Shown: positions 37,700-46,420, counted from the first letter of the stretch. The stretch: DNA of 64,000 bases from Candidatus Doudnabacteria bacterium (GCA_037200925.1 JBBCGO010000001.1:824235-888234), one strand, 5' to 3'. The notes: generated by a model not told the origin, from the letters alone. Program-made: numbers and translations.

Positions 37700-38906
37700 A
37701 CTGCCCCGAATCATGCTCGTAGACATGAACTCTTTTTTTGCTTCTGTGGAACAGCAGGCCAATCCTTTTTTACGTGGGAAGCCTATCGGGGTGGCAGTGT
37801 CGCCTCATCCCGGCAGCTGCCTGATCGGGACTTCGAAAGAGGCCAAAGCCATGGGAATTAAAAACGGCATTCCAGTTTATAAAGCGCGGAAGATCTGCCC
37901 GAAGATCATAACCGTGGAATCCGAGCCGGAAAAGTACCGCGAAGTGAACCGGCAGATCAATCGGATCTTTTCGGATTATACCGAAACTTTGGAAGCTTAC
38001 AGCGTCGACGAGTCGTTTTTGGATCTGCAAAACTCCAAATTCAACCCTTTGATCATTGGCGCAGAAATCAAACAAAGGATCAGATCCGAGGTGGGGGAAT
38101 GGCTGACCTGTTCTGTGGGGATCGCGCCAAACAAATTTATGGCGAAATTGGCCGCAGACCTGCAGAAGCCGGATGGCTTAAGCGTGGTCTGGCGCGAGCA
38201 GCTTAGGAATATTTACGAATCGAAAAAACTTTCGGACCTCTGGGGGATCAACCGCGGCTGGACGAACCGGCTGGCCAAATTAAATATCACAAGTCCGCTT
38301 CAGCTACTGGATTATCCGGTTGAGAACCTGATCAGTGTTTTCGGCAAGCCCGGATATTTTATCTGGGAACGGGTCAACGGACTGGAACACGACGAAATTT
38401 TTTCTAACCAGGAGATTTCCGGATCTGCCACAGGCAGATCTCGGCCTAAATCTTTCGGCCACTCGTGGGTCCTGAATTTCCGCACAACAGACAAAGAACG
38501 CCTGAAGGTCGTAATCCTTCGGCTGGCGGAAAAAGCCGCGCGGCGCATGCGGGCGGAAAGATTTATTGCCTCCGGCATGTATTTGTCGGTCACGCTGGCG
38601 GACGGCGGTTATTTTCACCGGTCAAAAAAATTGCGGTTCAATATCGAGACCGGGCTGGAGTTGTATACCGAAGCTTTGGATATCTGGAAATCCTGGCAGT
38701 TCAAACATGAGGTTTTGCACATTGCGGTCGGGTTTAATTATCTGTTATTCAAGACCAAACAGCTGGTTTTGTTTCCGGACAAATTATCGAACCTGATCCC
38801 GACCCTGGATTTTTTAAATGACAAATACGGCGAATTTACAATAAGATCCGGATTGCTGGTGCGAACTTCTGAGTTTGCGCCGGACGCGATCGCTTTTGGA
38901 AAGTGA
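37689..38906 (+). CDS. dinB: DNA polymerase IV (Y-family, DinB)
   Basis: IMLVDMNSFFASVE, SVDESFLDL and other Y-family palm motifs. Confidence 0.9.
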   Translation: MWNKLPRIMLVDMNSFFASVEQQANPFLRGKPIGVAVSPHPGSCLIGTSKEAKAMGIKNGIPVYKARKICPKIITVESEPEKYREVNRQINRIFSDYTETLEAYSVDESFLDLQNSKFNPLIIGAEIKQRIRSEVGEWLTCSVGIAPNKFMAKLAADLQKPDGLSVVWREQLRNIYESKKLSDLWGINRGWTNRLAKLNITSPLQLLDYPVENLISVFGKPGYFIWERVNGLEHDEIFSNQEISGSATGRSRPKSFGHSWVLNFRTTDKERLKVVILRLAEKAARRMRAERFIASGMYLSVTLADGGYFHRSKKLRFNIETGLELYTEALDIWKSWQFKHEVLHIAVGFNYLLFKTKQLVLFPDKLSNLIPTLDFLNDKYGEFTIRSGLLVRTSEFAPDAIAFGK

Positions 38907-38933
38907 TTATTAAACAATGTTAATATCTTGTCA

Positions 38934-39033
38934 AGCCCGTTAGAAGTTTTTCTAATGATTTTTATATCTGTGTATAAGTTATAAAATGTGACTTTTTACG
39001 AACAATCAAATAGGTTTTTACTTCTAACGGGCT
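38934..39033. repeat. Pair of perfect 14-bp inverted repeats flanking a 72-bp AT-rich segment
   Basis: AGCCCGTTAGAAGT (38934-38947) and ACTTCTAACGGGCT (39020-39033). Confidence 0.45.
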
Positions 39034-39243
39034 CAAATTTTTGTATGAACAAACCATGAATTTTTGGTTGGTTTGAACATTGTTAAGTTCAGCAGGTTAA
39101 GACAGAATCTAAGTACCTTTATTAATTTGCGTTTGGGGAAACGCAGAATTGGATGAAAGGAGTGAAGGGACAACAATTCTTCAAAAACTTTAGTTTTCTT
39201 CGTAAGCAATATAGTGGGCTTATCAAGAAAACTAAGCATCATT

Positions 39244-39279
39244 AAAGCCCCGTTATTAAAATAACGGGGCTTTGTTTTG
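39244..39279. terminator. Bidirectional rho-independent terminator
   Basis: AAAGCCCCGTTATtaaaATAACGGGGCTTT followed by GTTTT. Confidence 0.6.
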
Positions 39280-39471
39280 GCAACCCCCAGGCAATCCACA
39301 GATATTCTCTAAAGCTCCATAAAAGTCCGTCTAAAAGCCGGTTTTTTGATTTGGATTGTTGATTTTGTTTTGATTTGCATAAGTTTAAGTTTAAGTCAGA
39401 TGGTTTAGGCCTAAGTCTGGTTCGTTCCACAAAACTTACTGGATTAGGCCTGGGCCGCTTAAATAATTATT

Positions 39472-40833
39472 TTAATAAGGAGCAGCGCCCGGGGATCCGT
39501 AAAACCATTGCAGATTATCTCCCGCATGTAATGTAAAATCAGCCGCACCTAAATTGGGAACAGTTCCATTGACTGCAAATTGCCAGCCGCTGGAACCGAC
39601 CGGATCGTAGCCGTCAATACTTTGCACAAACTGGCCTAATCCAGTTTGTTTTATTACATACAAGAGGTTGATCTGACTGCAGGCGCTGATCAGCGCCTGC
39701 AGTGCAGTCGGGCTGTTTGCAGTTGTGCCGTCAAAAATCTTGTTGCCGGGATAAGCAATAGTGACATGTGTTCCTCCCGCAGCCGGAGTCTGATAAATAT
39801 TAGGTGTAGGATATGGCGTAGGGTAAGGGGTTGCATAAGGAGTAGCATAGGGCGTTGAATAGATGCCGGGAGTTTGATACGGAGTCGCGTAAGGCGTTGA
39901 ATAAACAGTTGGAGTCTCATATGGCGTAAGGTAAGGGGTTGCATAAGGAGTAGCATAGGGAGTGGCATAAGGAGTAGCATAGGGAGTCGGATACGGGCTT
40001 GGATAAGGCGTTTGATAATTTGATACGGTATTTATCGGCAGAGTATGTCCGGAAAGAGCGATCACAGCATATGCCGTGACCAATCCGGAGCCGCTGGAGT
40101 CTGAAGGATGCCATTTAAAAGTTCCGTCGGAAAGCTGAAGGCTGCTTAAAAAAGCCGTGGCAGAGGCCGGAATGGGCTGGCCTGCGGCTAAAAGGCCCCA
40201 CATAACCCAGGCTGTGGATGCTCCGTCAGCTGACTGTCCCGAAGAAAATCCGTAGCCTCCGGAAGAATCTTGGGATTGGCTGAGGTAATTCACAGCATTA
40301 TTCGGCGACCCGCCGGTGGCAGCCAGGGCTGCAATAGCCGCGGCAGTGGTATTGGAATCAGAGCCCACCCCTGTCGCATACCCCCAGCCGCCGTCGGAAT
40401 TCTGGTGAGACAGAATAAATTGGCGGGAGGAAGAAACAGTGGCATCGCTGATGCCTGCCGAAGCCAAAGCAAGCACGCCGAAAATATCGTCATTGATCAG
40501 GCTTGCGTCGCCGATCTGACCTCCGGAAGACATGCTTTCAAGCTTGGAGACAAAATTCTCAGAGCCGATAGTTGACGGATTGCCGCCGGTGGCAGTGATG
40601 GCCAAGATCCGTTTTTCGTAGTCTGTGGCTATGTTTGAATTCAGGGGAGCGGCCAGAAAACTTTGGCCCAAGTTTTGGCCGACTGAGGCATAAGCCATGA
40701 TAGCCCATTCGTCATTGGCGGGAAGTGTGGCAACGGCCTGCTGTAAATTAGCCGCGTCGGCAAGATTATTGGTAGCTAAAACAGCAACTGCAAATGCCGA
40801 AATAACCGTGAGAATTATTTTTTTGTACTTCAT
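39472..40833 (-). CDS. Secreted protein: prenyltransferase/terpene-cyclase-like alpha/alpha-toroid repeats plus TPY-rich linker plus C-terminal DUF4430 (transcobalamin-like architecture)
   Basis: Signal peptide. Repeats QNSDGGWGY...TAAAIAAL, QDSSGGYGF...TAWVMWGLLAAG, QLSDGTFKW. The (T/S)PY(A/P) linker repeats over ten times. The C-terminus ALISACSQINLLYVIKQTGLGQFVQSIDGYDPVGSSGWQFAVNG...HAGDNLQWFY is DUF4430-like. Confidence 0.55.
   Translation of the reverse strand: MKYKKIILTVISAFAVAVLATNNLADAANLQQAVATLPANDEWAIMAYASVGQNLGQSFLAAPLNSNIATDYEKRILAITATGGNPSTIGSENFVSKLESMSSGGQIGDASLINDDIFGVLALASAGISDATVSSSRQFILSHQNSDGGWGYATGVGSDSNTTAAAIAALAATGGSPNNAVNYLSQSQDSSGGYGFSSGQSADGASTAWVMWGLLAAGQPIPASATAFLSSLQLSDGTFKWHPSDSSGSGLVTAYAVIALSGHTLPINTVSNYQTPYPSPYPTPYATPYATPYATPYATPYLTPYETPTVYSTPYATPYQTPGIYSTPYATPYATPYPTPYPTPNIYQTPAAGGTHVTIAYPGNKIFDGTTANSPTALQALISACSQINLLYVIKQTGLGQFVQSIDGYDPVGSSGWQFAVNGTVPNLGAADFTLHAGDNLQWFYGSPGAAPY
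39780..40015. repeat. Imperfect 12-nt tandem DNA repeat encoding the ATPY/TPY linker
   Basis: GCATAAGGAGTAGCATAGGGAGT... periodicity on the plus strand. Confidence 0.55.
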
Positions 40834-40911
40834 AAATTTATTAATTGTGAAAGTTTTTAAAGAGAATAGAAAAGAGAGTGTAGCCCGCTGATTATCGGCG
40901 GGCTACGGGGA

Positions 40912-41238
40912 TTAAACCGGTTCCAGTATGTACCCGAGGTTCTCCGGCACCTGATATTTCCCGACATTGAGCGTGGGGGGTCCGCTTTTGACAGGATCAA
41001 GTCCCAACCCTTGGTCAATGCCGATCAGCGAAGCGCCGACGCGAATGCGCGGGATTTTCCCGTTGATGACAAGGTATACTCCGCCGTCCAGATTTTTTCG
41101 CTCTACGACAGTGTAACCGTCACGCTGCAGCATTGTAAGCAGGGGAGTGGTCGAGGTTGGTGCGGTTGTGCTCTTAAGAGAACTGCAAGCTGAAGTAAGC
41201 AGAGCCGCCAGTGAAGCGAAAAATCCACGTCGGTTCAT
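40912..41238 (-). CDS. Small putative Tat-signal lipoprotein, hypothetical
   Basis: MNRRGFFASLAALLTSAC has a twin-arginine-like motif and a lipobox Cys. Confidence 0.4.
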   Translation of the reverse strand: MNRRGFFASLAALLTSACSSLKSTTAPTSTTPLLTMLQRDGYTVVERKNLDGGVYLVINGKIPRIRVGASLIGIDQGLGLDPVKSGPPTLNVGKYQVPENLGYILEPV

Positions 41239-41268
41239 CACATCCTCCTTCTGAATGTGGTCAAACAA

Positions 41269-41300
41269 AAAACCTTCTTCCGAACAGAAGAAGGAGTTTT
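41269..41300. terminator. Bidirectional hairpin terminator
   Basis: AAAAACCTTCTTCcgaacaGAAGAAGGagTTTTT. Confidence 0.45.
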
Positions 41301-41895
41301 TAAAAATAAAAACCGCTTTCTCCTGCTCGGGAGTAGCTAAGATAAATTGAATTCATATTTGGTTTTCCGGCTATACGGTTGCGGCACAGCGGAGGACTTG
41401 CACCTCACTTACCCGAAATGAATTACTTACAGAGTTAAAGAACGTAAACAAATACTAAATCTAAAAAAAAAGCCTGTCAAATCGACAACATAAAAACCAG
41501 GTGAGAGAACCTGGTCTTTATGTGTGTCGAAAGCCGTGCTTGGAAAATTACGATTTTGGTAACTCCAGGTCGTGAGCTTTCAATTTTGGTATCCCCGGTC
41601 CAGAACAAATCTTCGGTGGTTAAGCCTAATGATTGGGTTCCAGGCTGGAAATAAGCGAATTCAAAAAAGCGGTCTTTGTGTTTCAGCAGGGAAGAGAGGC
41701 GATAGGATTAGGTACAAACTTAAACCATCCTTCATATGTTAGGATCGTTTGCTTGTTTATTGCCTGTGCCCTGTAGCCATGTTTTTGTTTTGTCTTTGTT
41801 TCCGCTCGAGTACTTTACTCTATGTACATTATAGCAGAAAAAGTCGGACTTGTCCAGACCCTACGTAAAAAATCTCAAAAACCGGGAAATTTTAC

Positions 41896-42603
41896 CTAAA
41901 TTTTAACGATCATTGATTTAAAATCTTTTGGTATTCCAGAAAAGAGGGTGGATTTTTTGGAAACGAGGACCATGTCTTCGATCCTGACCCCGAATCTGTT
42001 AGGCAGGTAGATTCCGGGTTCGATTGTGACCACGTCATTTTTTATGATAATGTCTCCTGATGTTGCTTTAAAATTTGGCGCTTCGTGGATTTTTTTGCCA
42101 ACGCCGTGGCCGGTGCCATGAATATAGTTTTTGCCAAAGCCTGCCTGATTGATTATATGACGGGCAGCAAAGTCGATCTCATCGCCAAACTTTCCCTGAG
42201 CGACTTTTTTGATCGCGGCCAGCTGCGCCCTTAAGACGATCTCGTAAATTTTTTCATGTAGTTTATTGGGACGGCCGATAAATAAAGTCCGCGTGAAATC
42301 AGAACAGTAGCCATGAACTTTGACGCCGTAATCCAGCATCAGAAAGTTGTTCTTGCCGATTTTTTTCTTGGAAGGTTTATGATGGATCTCAGCGGAACTT
42401 GAACCAAAAGAAACGATCGGAGGGAAAGCCATGCCATCACTCCCAAGTTTTTTTGCCAGAGAACGAATTTTGTTTGCCAGAGAGATTTCAGTTGCGGATT
42501 TATGCGATCTAAGGATTACTAAAAGCTCCCGGAAGATCTCATCAATGATCCGGGAGCCTGTTTGAATAAATTTGATTTCCTTGGAGGTTTTCTGTTTGTG
42601 CAT
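41896..42603 (-). CDS. M24-family metallopeptidase (aminopeptidase/prolidase-like, catalytic domain only)
   Basis: DYGVKVHGYCSDFTRT, HGTGHGVGKKIHEAP and TIEPGIY metal-ligand motifs. Confidence 0.7.
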   Translation of the reverse strand: MHKQKTSKEIKFIQTGSRIIDEIFRELLVILRSHKSATEISLANKIRSLAKKLGSDGMAFPPIVSFGSSSAEIHHKPSKKKIGKNNFLMLDYGVKVHGYCSDFTRTLFIGRPNKLHEKIYEIVLRAQLAAIKKVAQGKFGDEIDFAARHIINQAGFGKNYIHGTGHGVGKKIHEAPNFKATSGDIIIKNDVVTIEPGIYLPNRFGVRIEDMVLVSKKSTLFSGIPKDFKSMIVKI

Positions 42604-42947
42604 TATTTCATTGAAGCAACAATCTTTTCAAACGCTTTAGGATTTCGCACTGCCAGTTCGGCCAGCATCTTGCGGTTTAGGCCAACCTTGTTTTGATGAA
42701 GCAGTGCCTGGAGCTTGCTGTAGGTCAGACCTTGTTCGCGCGATGCGGCGTTGATGCGGATGGTCCAGAGCTTTTTCATGTCGCGCTTGCGCAGCCTGCG
42801 GTGACCGTATGCATATGAATCCGCATGAAGCAAAGCTTCCTTGGCCGCGATCGCATTGGTGCGCCGGCGATTGGTGAAGCCTTTTGTTCTGGCTAAAACG
42901 TATTTTCTTCGTTTGTGGGCGGCAACGCCTCTCTTTATTCTTGTCAT
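42603..42947 (-). CDS. rplT: 50S ribosomal protein L20
   Basis: MTRIKRGVAAHKRRKYVLARTKGF... Confidence 0.95.
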   Translation of the reverse strand: MTRIKRGVAAHKRRKYVLARTKGFTNRRRTNAIAAKEALLHADSYAYGHRRLRKRDMKKLWTIRINAASREQGLTYSKLQALLHQNKVGLNRKMLAELAVRNPKAFEKIVASMK

Positions 42948-42948
42948 C

Positions 42949-43140
42949 CTAACCTCTCATTAATAATGCTATTTTTTGGTTCGTCTTATGCACTGTCAGG
43001 TCCCGTCGCTTGTTTTTCGTAGTGCTGCCTGATTCACGGGAATTAAAATGCGCCTGGCCGGATTTGCGGCTCATGAGCTTGCCGGAGCCGGTCTTCCAGA
43101 AAGTTTTGGCAACACGCTTGTTCGTTTTCTGTTTAGGCAT
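42949..43140 (-). CDS. rpmI: 50S ribosomal protein L35
   Basis: MPKQKTNKRVAKTF..., 63 aa, between infC and rplT. Confidence 0.9.
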   Translation of the reverse strand: MPKQKTNKRVAKTFWKTGSGKLMSRKSGQAHFNSRESGSTTKNKRRDLTVHKTNQKIALLMRG

Positions 43141-43154
43141 CTTTGTAATTAAAT

Positions 43155-43685
43155 TTAATTCTTGGCTTGGGGTCCGATGATGATAGAAACCATGTTGCCC
43201 ATTCTTGTCGGGCCTGCTTCTTTGGTAAAGGGGATAGTAACTAAAGTTTGGAATTTTTTTATAAGGTCAAAAGCCAGTTCCGGGTGTGCCTGCTCGCGGC
43301 CGCGCATGACCACATCAACCTTGACTTTATTTCCTTCCGTGAGAAATTCGCCGGTCTGCTTGGATTTGAAATTAAGGTCATGTTCGCCGATGCGGACCGA
43401 AAGACGAATGCCTTTCATGGTCACTTTCTTAACTTTTTTCTTGGCTTCCTGAGCGGCTTTTTCCTGCTGGTAGCGGTATTTGTCGTAGTTAAGAAGTTTG
43501 ACGACCGGCGGGCGGGCTTGCGGCGAGATCTCGACCAGGTCGACTTCGCGCTCGCGGGCCAAGGACAAGGCTTCTTCGATCTTCATGATCCCGACCATTT
43601 TGCCCTGGTCGTCGATGACCCGGACCTCCGGCGCGCGTATTTGGTTGTTGATGCGGGTTCTAAGTGCTATCGTTTTATTTTTAAT
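43155..43685 (-). CDS. infC: Translation initiation factor IF-3, extended upstream to a probable AUU start codon
   Basis: The listed ORF starts at an internal Met. The in-frame upstream extension reads (AUU)KNKTIALRTRINNQIRAPEVRVIDDQGKMVGIMKIEEALSLA, the canonical IF3 N-terminus. AUU starts are the rule for infC. Confidence 0.85.
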   Translation of the reverse strand: MKNKTIALRTRINNQIRAPEVRVIDDQGKMVGIMKIEEALSLAREREVDLVEISPQARPPVVKLLNYDKYRYQQEKAAQEAKKKVKKVTMKGIRLSVRIGEHDLNFKSKQTGEFLTEGNKVKVDVVMRGREQAHPELAFDLIKKFQTLVTIPFTKEAGPTRMGNMVSIIIGPQAKN

Positions 43686-43732
43686 GTCTAAATCAAAGGA
43701 ATAATAGAGGAAATAGGGGTCTTGGTCAAGTG

Positions 43733-43761
43733 CTTGTCTTAAGTGTTGTTTGGGCGTATAA
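43733..43761 (+). promoter_or_regulatory. Candidate promoter TTGTCT-17-TATAAT upstream of ssrA
   Basis: cTTGTCTtaagtgttgtttgggcgTATAAT lies ~125 nt upstream of the mature tmRNA 5' end. It could alternatively serve infC on the opposite strand. Confidence 0.3.
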
Positions 43762-43884
43762 TAAAATACAATTCAAAATGCGGACAGGGGTCAAGCATCG
43801 GATTTTGAATTGAGAGGAGCAGTAGCAGACCGTAGCACTTTTTGCTTAAGCAAAAATGCGAAGTGTCTACAAACTGCGACGAGT

Positions 43885-44268
43885 GGGGCTGCTCAGATTC
43901 GACAGAAGTTCTTTGATAAATATTGCAAGTCCGATTAGCCTAATTTCTCGGTTAAAAAAACAAGGCAAATCATAAATGCCAATTCTTTGGTAAGCAAGGT
44001 TAAGAATGCTTTTGCATTCTCTCCTGCTTTGGCTCTCGCTTAATACGTGAAAGCCCATCCGCCCCGCAAAGTCTGTGCGCGGGATACGGGTGTTATATTA
44101 TCCGGACTCACTTTAGCTGGCGCCTGACGGCTTTAGGACACTAAGGGCTTAACTTAAACCGCTTTCGTCCGTTTTTATGGTTTGAGCCAACAATTCAAGC
44201 GGTCCAAACTTGTAGATATATTTGTTAAAATCTTTTGGACGGGAGTGCAATTCTCCCCAGCTCCACCA
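43885..44268 (+). ncRNA. ssrA: tmRNA (SsrA)
   Basis: 5' GGGGCUGCUCAGAUUCGACAGAAG, 3' ...GGACGGGAGUGCAAUUCUCCCCAGCUCCACCA. Acceptor stem with the G3-U70 wobble, T-arm and CCA. Internal reading frame ...GCU UUU GCA UUC UCU CCU GCU UUG GCU CUC GCU UAA (tag ...AFAFSPALALA). Convergent with smpB. Confidence 0.85.
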
Positions 44269-44282
44269 AATAATTTTATTTT

Positions 44283-44310
44283 AAAAACAGCAGGTATCTG
44301 CTGTTTTTGT
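44283..44310. terminator. Bidirectional terminator shared by ssrA and smpB
   Basis: AAAAACAGCAGgtatCTGCTGTTTTTG. Confidence 0.6.
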
Positions 44311-44759
44311 TATACTCGAGTTCTTACAGTCCGGTCCAGGTTTCGTTTCAGTTCTTTTTTCTTGATGGATTCGCGTTTATCGAATTGTTTTTTGCCTTTT
44401 GCTAAGCCAATTTTGAGTTTGATCAATCCTTTTTTTGTGTAGAGTTCCAGAGGTATTAAAGTCAGGCCTTTTTCTTTGCTCTTAGTCTGCAATCGTTCAA
44501 TTTCTTTTTTATGCAGCAGCAGTTTGCGCTCCCTTGATTCATCATGGCCTTCCAGGTTGGAGGCTTGTTTGTATTTGCCGATGTAAGCATTGCGTAAGAA
44601 ACCTTCCCCGGCCCGAATGGTGACGTAAGCACCGGCTAGGGAAGCCTGGCCGGTCTTGGCGCTTTTCACTTCATGACCGGCCAATACTAAGCCGGCCTCT
44701 ACTGTCTCTTCTATAGAGTAATCATGGAATGCTTTTCTATTTTGGGCCAAAGTCGACAT
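44310..44759 (-). CDS. smpB: SsrA-binding protein SmpB
   Basis: NRKAFHDYSIEETVEAGLVLAGHEVKS...GHDESRERKLLLHKKEI. Confidence 0.9.
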   Translation of the reverse strand: MSTLAQNRKAFHDYSIEETVEAGLVLAGHEVKSAKTGQASLAGAYVTIRAGEGFLRNAYIGKYKQASNLEGHDESRERKLLLHKKEIERLQTKSKEKGLTLIPLELYTKKGLIKLKIGLAKGKKQFDKRESIKKKELKRNLDRTVRTRV

Positions 44760-44782
44760 AAGGTAAGTTTATCAGATATAAT

Positions 44783-46420
44783 GTGCTTATGTTAATGAGA
44801 GAAAATATAGAAAAACTCGTATTGAAAGCCATTGCTGATTTGGGAATAACAGCTTCAGAGCAATCGATAGTAAAAATTGCCGTTACATACCCAGACCCTA
44901 AACTTGGAGACTATGCTTCCAACGCCGCTTTGATCTTGGCCAAGGAAGCAAAAATAAAGCCTTTGGATTTGGCAAACAAGATAGTAGAAAAATTAGACAA
45001 AAGCCAGTTTGAAAAAGTGGAGGCAGCGGCTCCCGGGTTTATCAATTTTAAACTTAATACCGAGCAGTTGCTACCACCGGCAACCTATGATCTAAAACCT
45101 AAGACCACGGGTAAAATATTGCTTGAGTATTTTCAGCCGAATATTGCCAAACCTTTGCATATGGGGTTATTAAGAAATGTTATTATTGGCGATGCAATCA
45201 AAAGAATGCTTAAATTTTTGGGTTATAAGGTTGAATCCGACACCCATATGGGAGATTGGGGGACGCAGTTTGGATTTTTGATCTTAGCTAAAAAAAAGTT
45301 TGGCGAAGTCAATGAGAAGCTGTATGCAGAACTCAATGCGGATGAAACTCAAAAAGAAGCTGCGAAACAAGAATTTGTAAATCTGGAAAAAGGAGACAAA
45401 GAAAACCGTAAGATCTGGCAAGAGATTGTGGATTCAAGCTTGAAAGAATTTTTGAAAATCAATGATCAGATGGATATTTTACCGTTTGACCACCATTGGC
45501 CTGAAAGTTTTTATCAAGATAAAATGTCTGATATTCTTGAAAAATTAAAAACAAAAAAGCTTCTTAAAGAATCTCAAGGTGCACAGATTGTGAACCTTGA
45601 AACTCAAGGTTTGGGTATAGCGGTGATTGTTAAATCGGATACGGGTACGACCTATCTTTTGCGCGACCTGGCAACATTTATTTATAGAAAAGAAAAATTT
45701 TCGAAACAACTTTATGTCGTTGACAATAGACAATCACACGTGTTCAAGCAATTGTTTGCAATTCTTAAACTATTGGACGAAATTAAAGAAGCTGAAGCTG
45801 TACATATTGATTATGGATTCATTAGTTTCAAAGGGGAAGTGCTCTCAACTCGCAAAGGCAATATGATTCTGGCGGAAGATGTGATTACGCAAGCCGAAGA
45901 GAAGGTTGCAAAAATTATCGCTGAAAAAAATCCCGATCTGAAAAATAAGGAACATGTCATCAAAGCCGTAACCAAAAGCGCGCTGAAATATTTTGACCTC
46001 AAGCACAACCGGCACAGCGATATTGAATTTGATTGGGATGAAGTTCTGGATTTTGAAGGGGACTCCGGGCCCTATTTACAATACGCTTATGCCCGCTTGA
46101 ATAGTATCCTTAAGAAAGCCGGATCTGAAGGCGAATTTTCTGATATCAAATTTTCAGATACAGAACGCGAAATACTTTTCAAATCTTCGATCTTGGCCGA
46201 AGTTGTTGAGGATGCGGCTAAAGATTATCTGCCGAACATTTTGGCCAATTATTTATTTAATTTTGCCACACTTTTGAACAAGTTTTACCATGAAAGCCCG
46301 GTTACCCAAGAAAAAGATGAGGACATTCGCAATTTCCGCTTGGCTTTGATCGCCAAAGCCAAGGGAACTTTGGGCCGGGGATTGGATCTGCTCGGGATCG
46401 AGGCGCTGGACGAGATGTAA
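44783..46420 (+). CDS. argS: Arginine--tRNA ligase
   Basis: Class-I HIGH-type PLHMGLLRNVIIGD, KMSK-like region, C-terminal DALR anticodon-binding region. Confidence 0.9.
   Translation: MLMLMRENIEKLVLKAIADLGITASEQSIVKIAVTYPDPKLGDYASNAALILAKEAKIKPLDLANKIVEKLDKSQFEKVEAAAPGFINFKLNTEQLLPPATYDLKPKTTGKILLEYFQPNIAKPLHMGLLRNVIIGDAIKRMLKFLGYKVESDTHMGDWGTQFGFLILAKKKFGEVNEKLYAELNADETQKEAAKQEFVNLEKGDKENRKIWQEIVDSSLKEFLKINDQMDILPFDHHWPESFYQDKMSDILEKLKTKKLLKESQGAQIVNLETQGLGIAVIVKSDTGTTYLLRDLATFIYRKEKFSKQLYVVDNRQSHVFKQLFAILKLLDEIKEAEAVHIDYGFISFKGEVLSTRKGNMILAEDVITQAEEKVAKIIAEKNPDLKNKEHVIKAVTKSALKYFDLKHNRHSDIEFDWDEVLDFEGDSGPYLQYAYARLNSILKKAGSEGEFSDIKFSDTEREILFKSSILAEVVEDAAKDYLPNILANYLFNFATLLNKFYHESPVTQEKDEDIRNFRLALIAKAKGTLGRGLDLLGIEALDEM

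Noticed and set aside
41300-41895. RNase P RNA, SRP RNA or 6S RNA assignment for the 41.3-41.9 kb intergenic region
   Set aside because: The P4 (GGAAAGUCCGG / ACAGAANCCGGCUUA) and SRP (GGAAGCAGC) core motifs could not be found on either strand by eye. It is left as an unassigned candidate ncRNA locus rather than named.
43248-43691. 147-aa plus-strand ORF antisense to infC/rpmI
   Set aside because: This is a shadow ORF opposite highly conserved ribosomal and IF3 coding sequence. Its low-complexity K/F/L-rich translation is typical of antisense frames.
43867-44442. ORFs 43867..44058(-) and 44182..44442(+) overlapping the ssrA region
   Set aside because: They lie on top of a clear tmRNA gene (tRNA-like ends, tag frame). 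They have no start context or protein-like composition.
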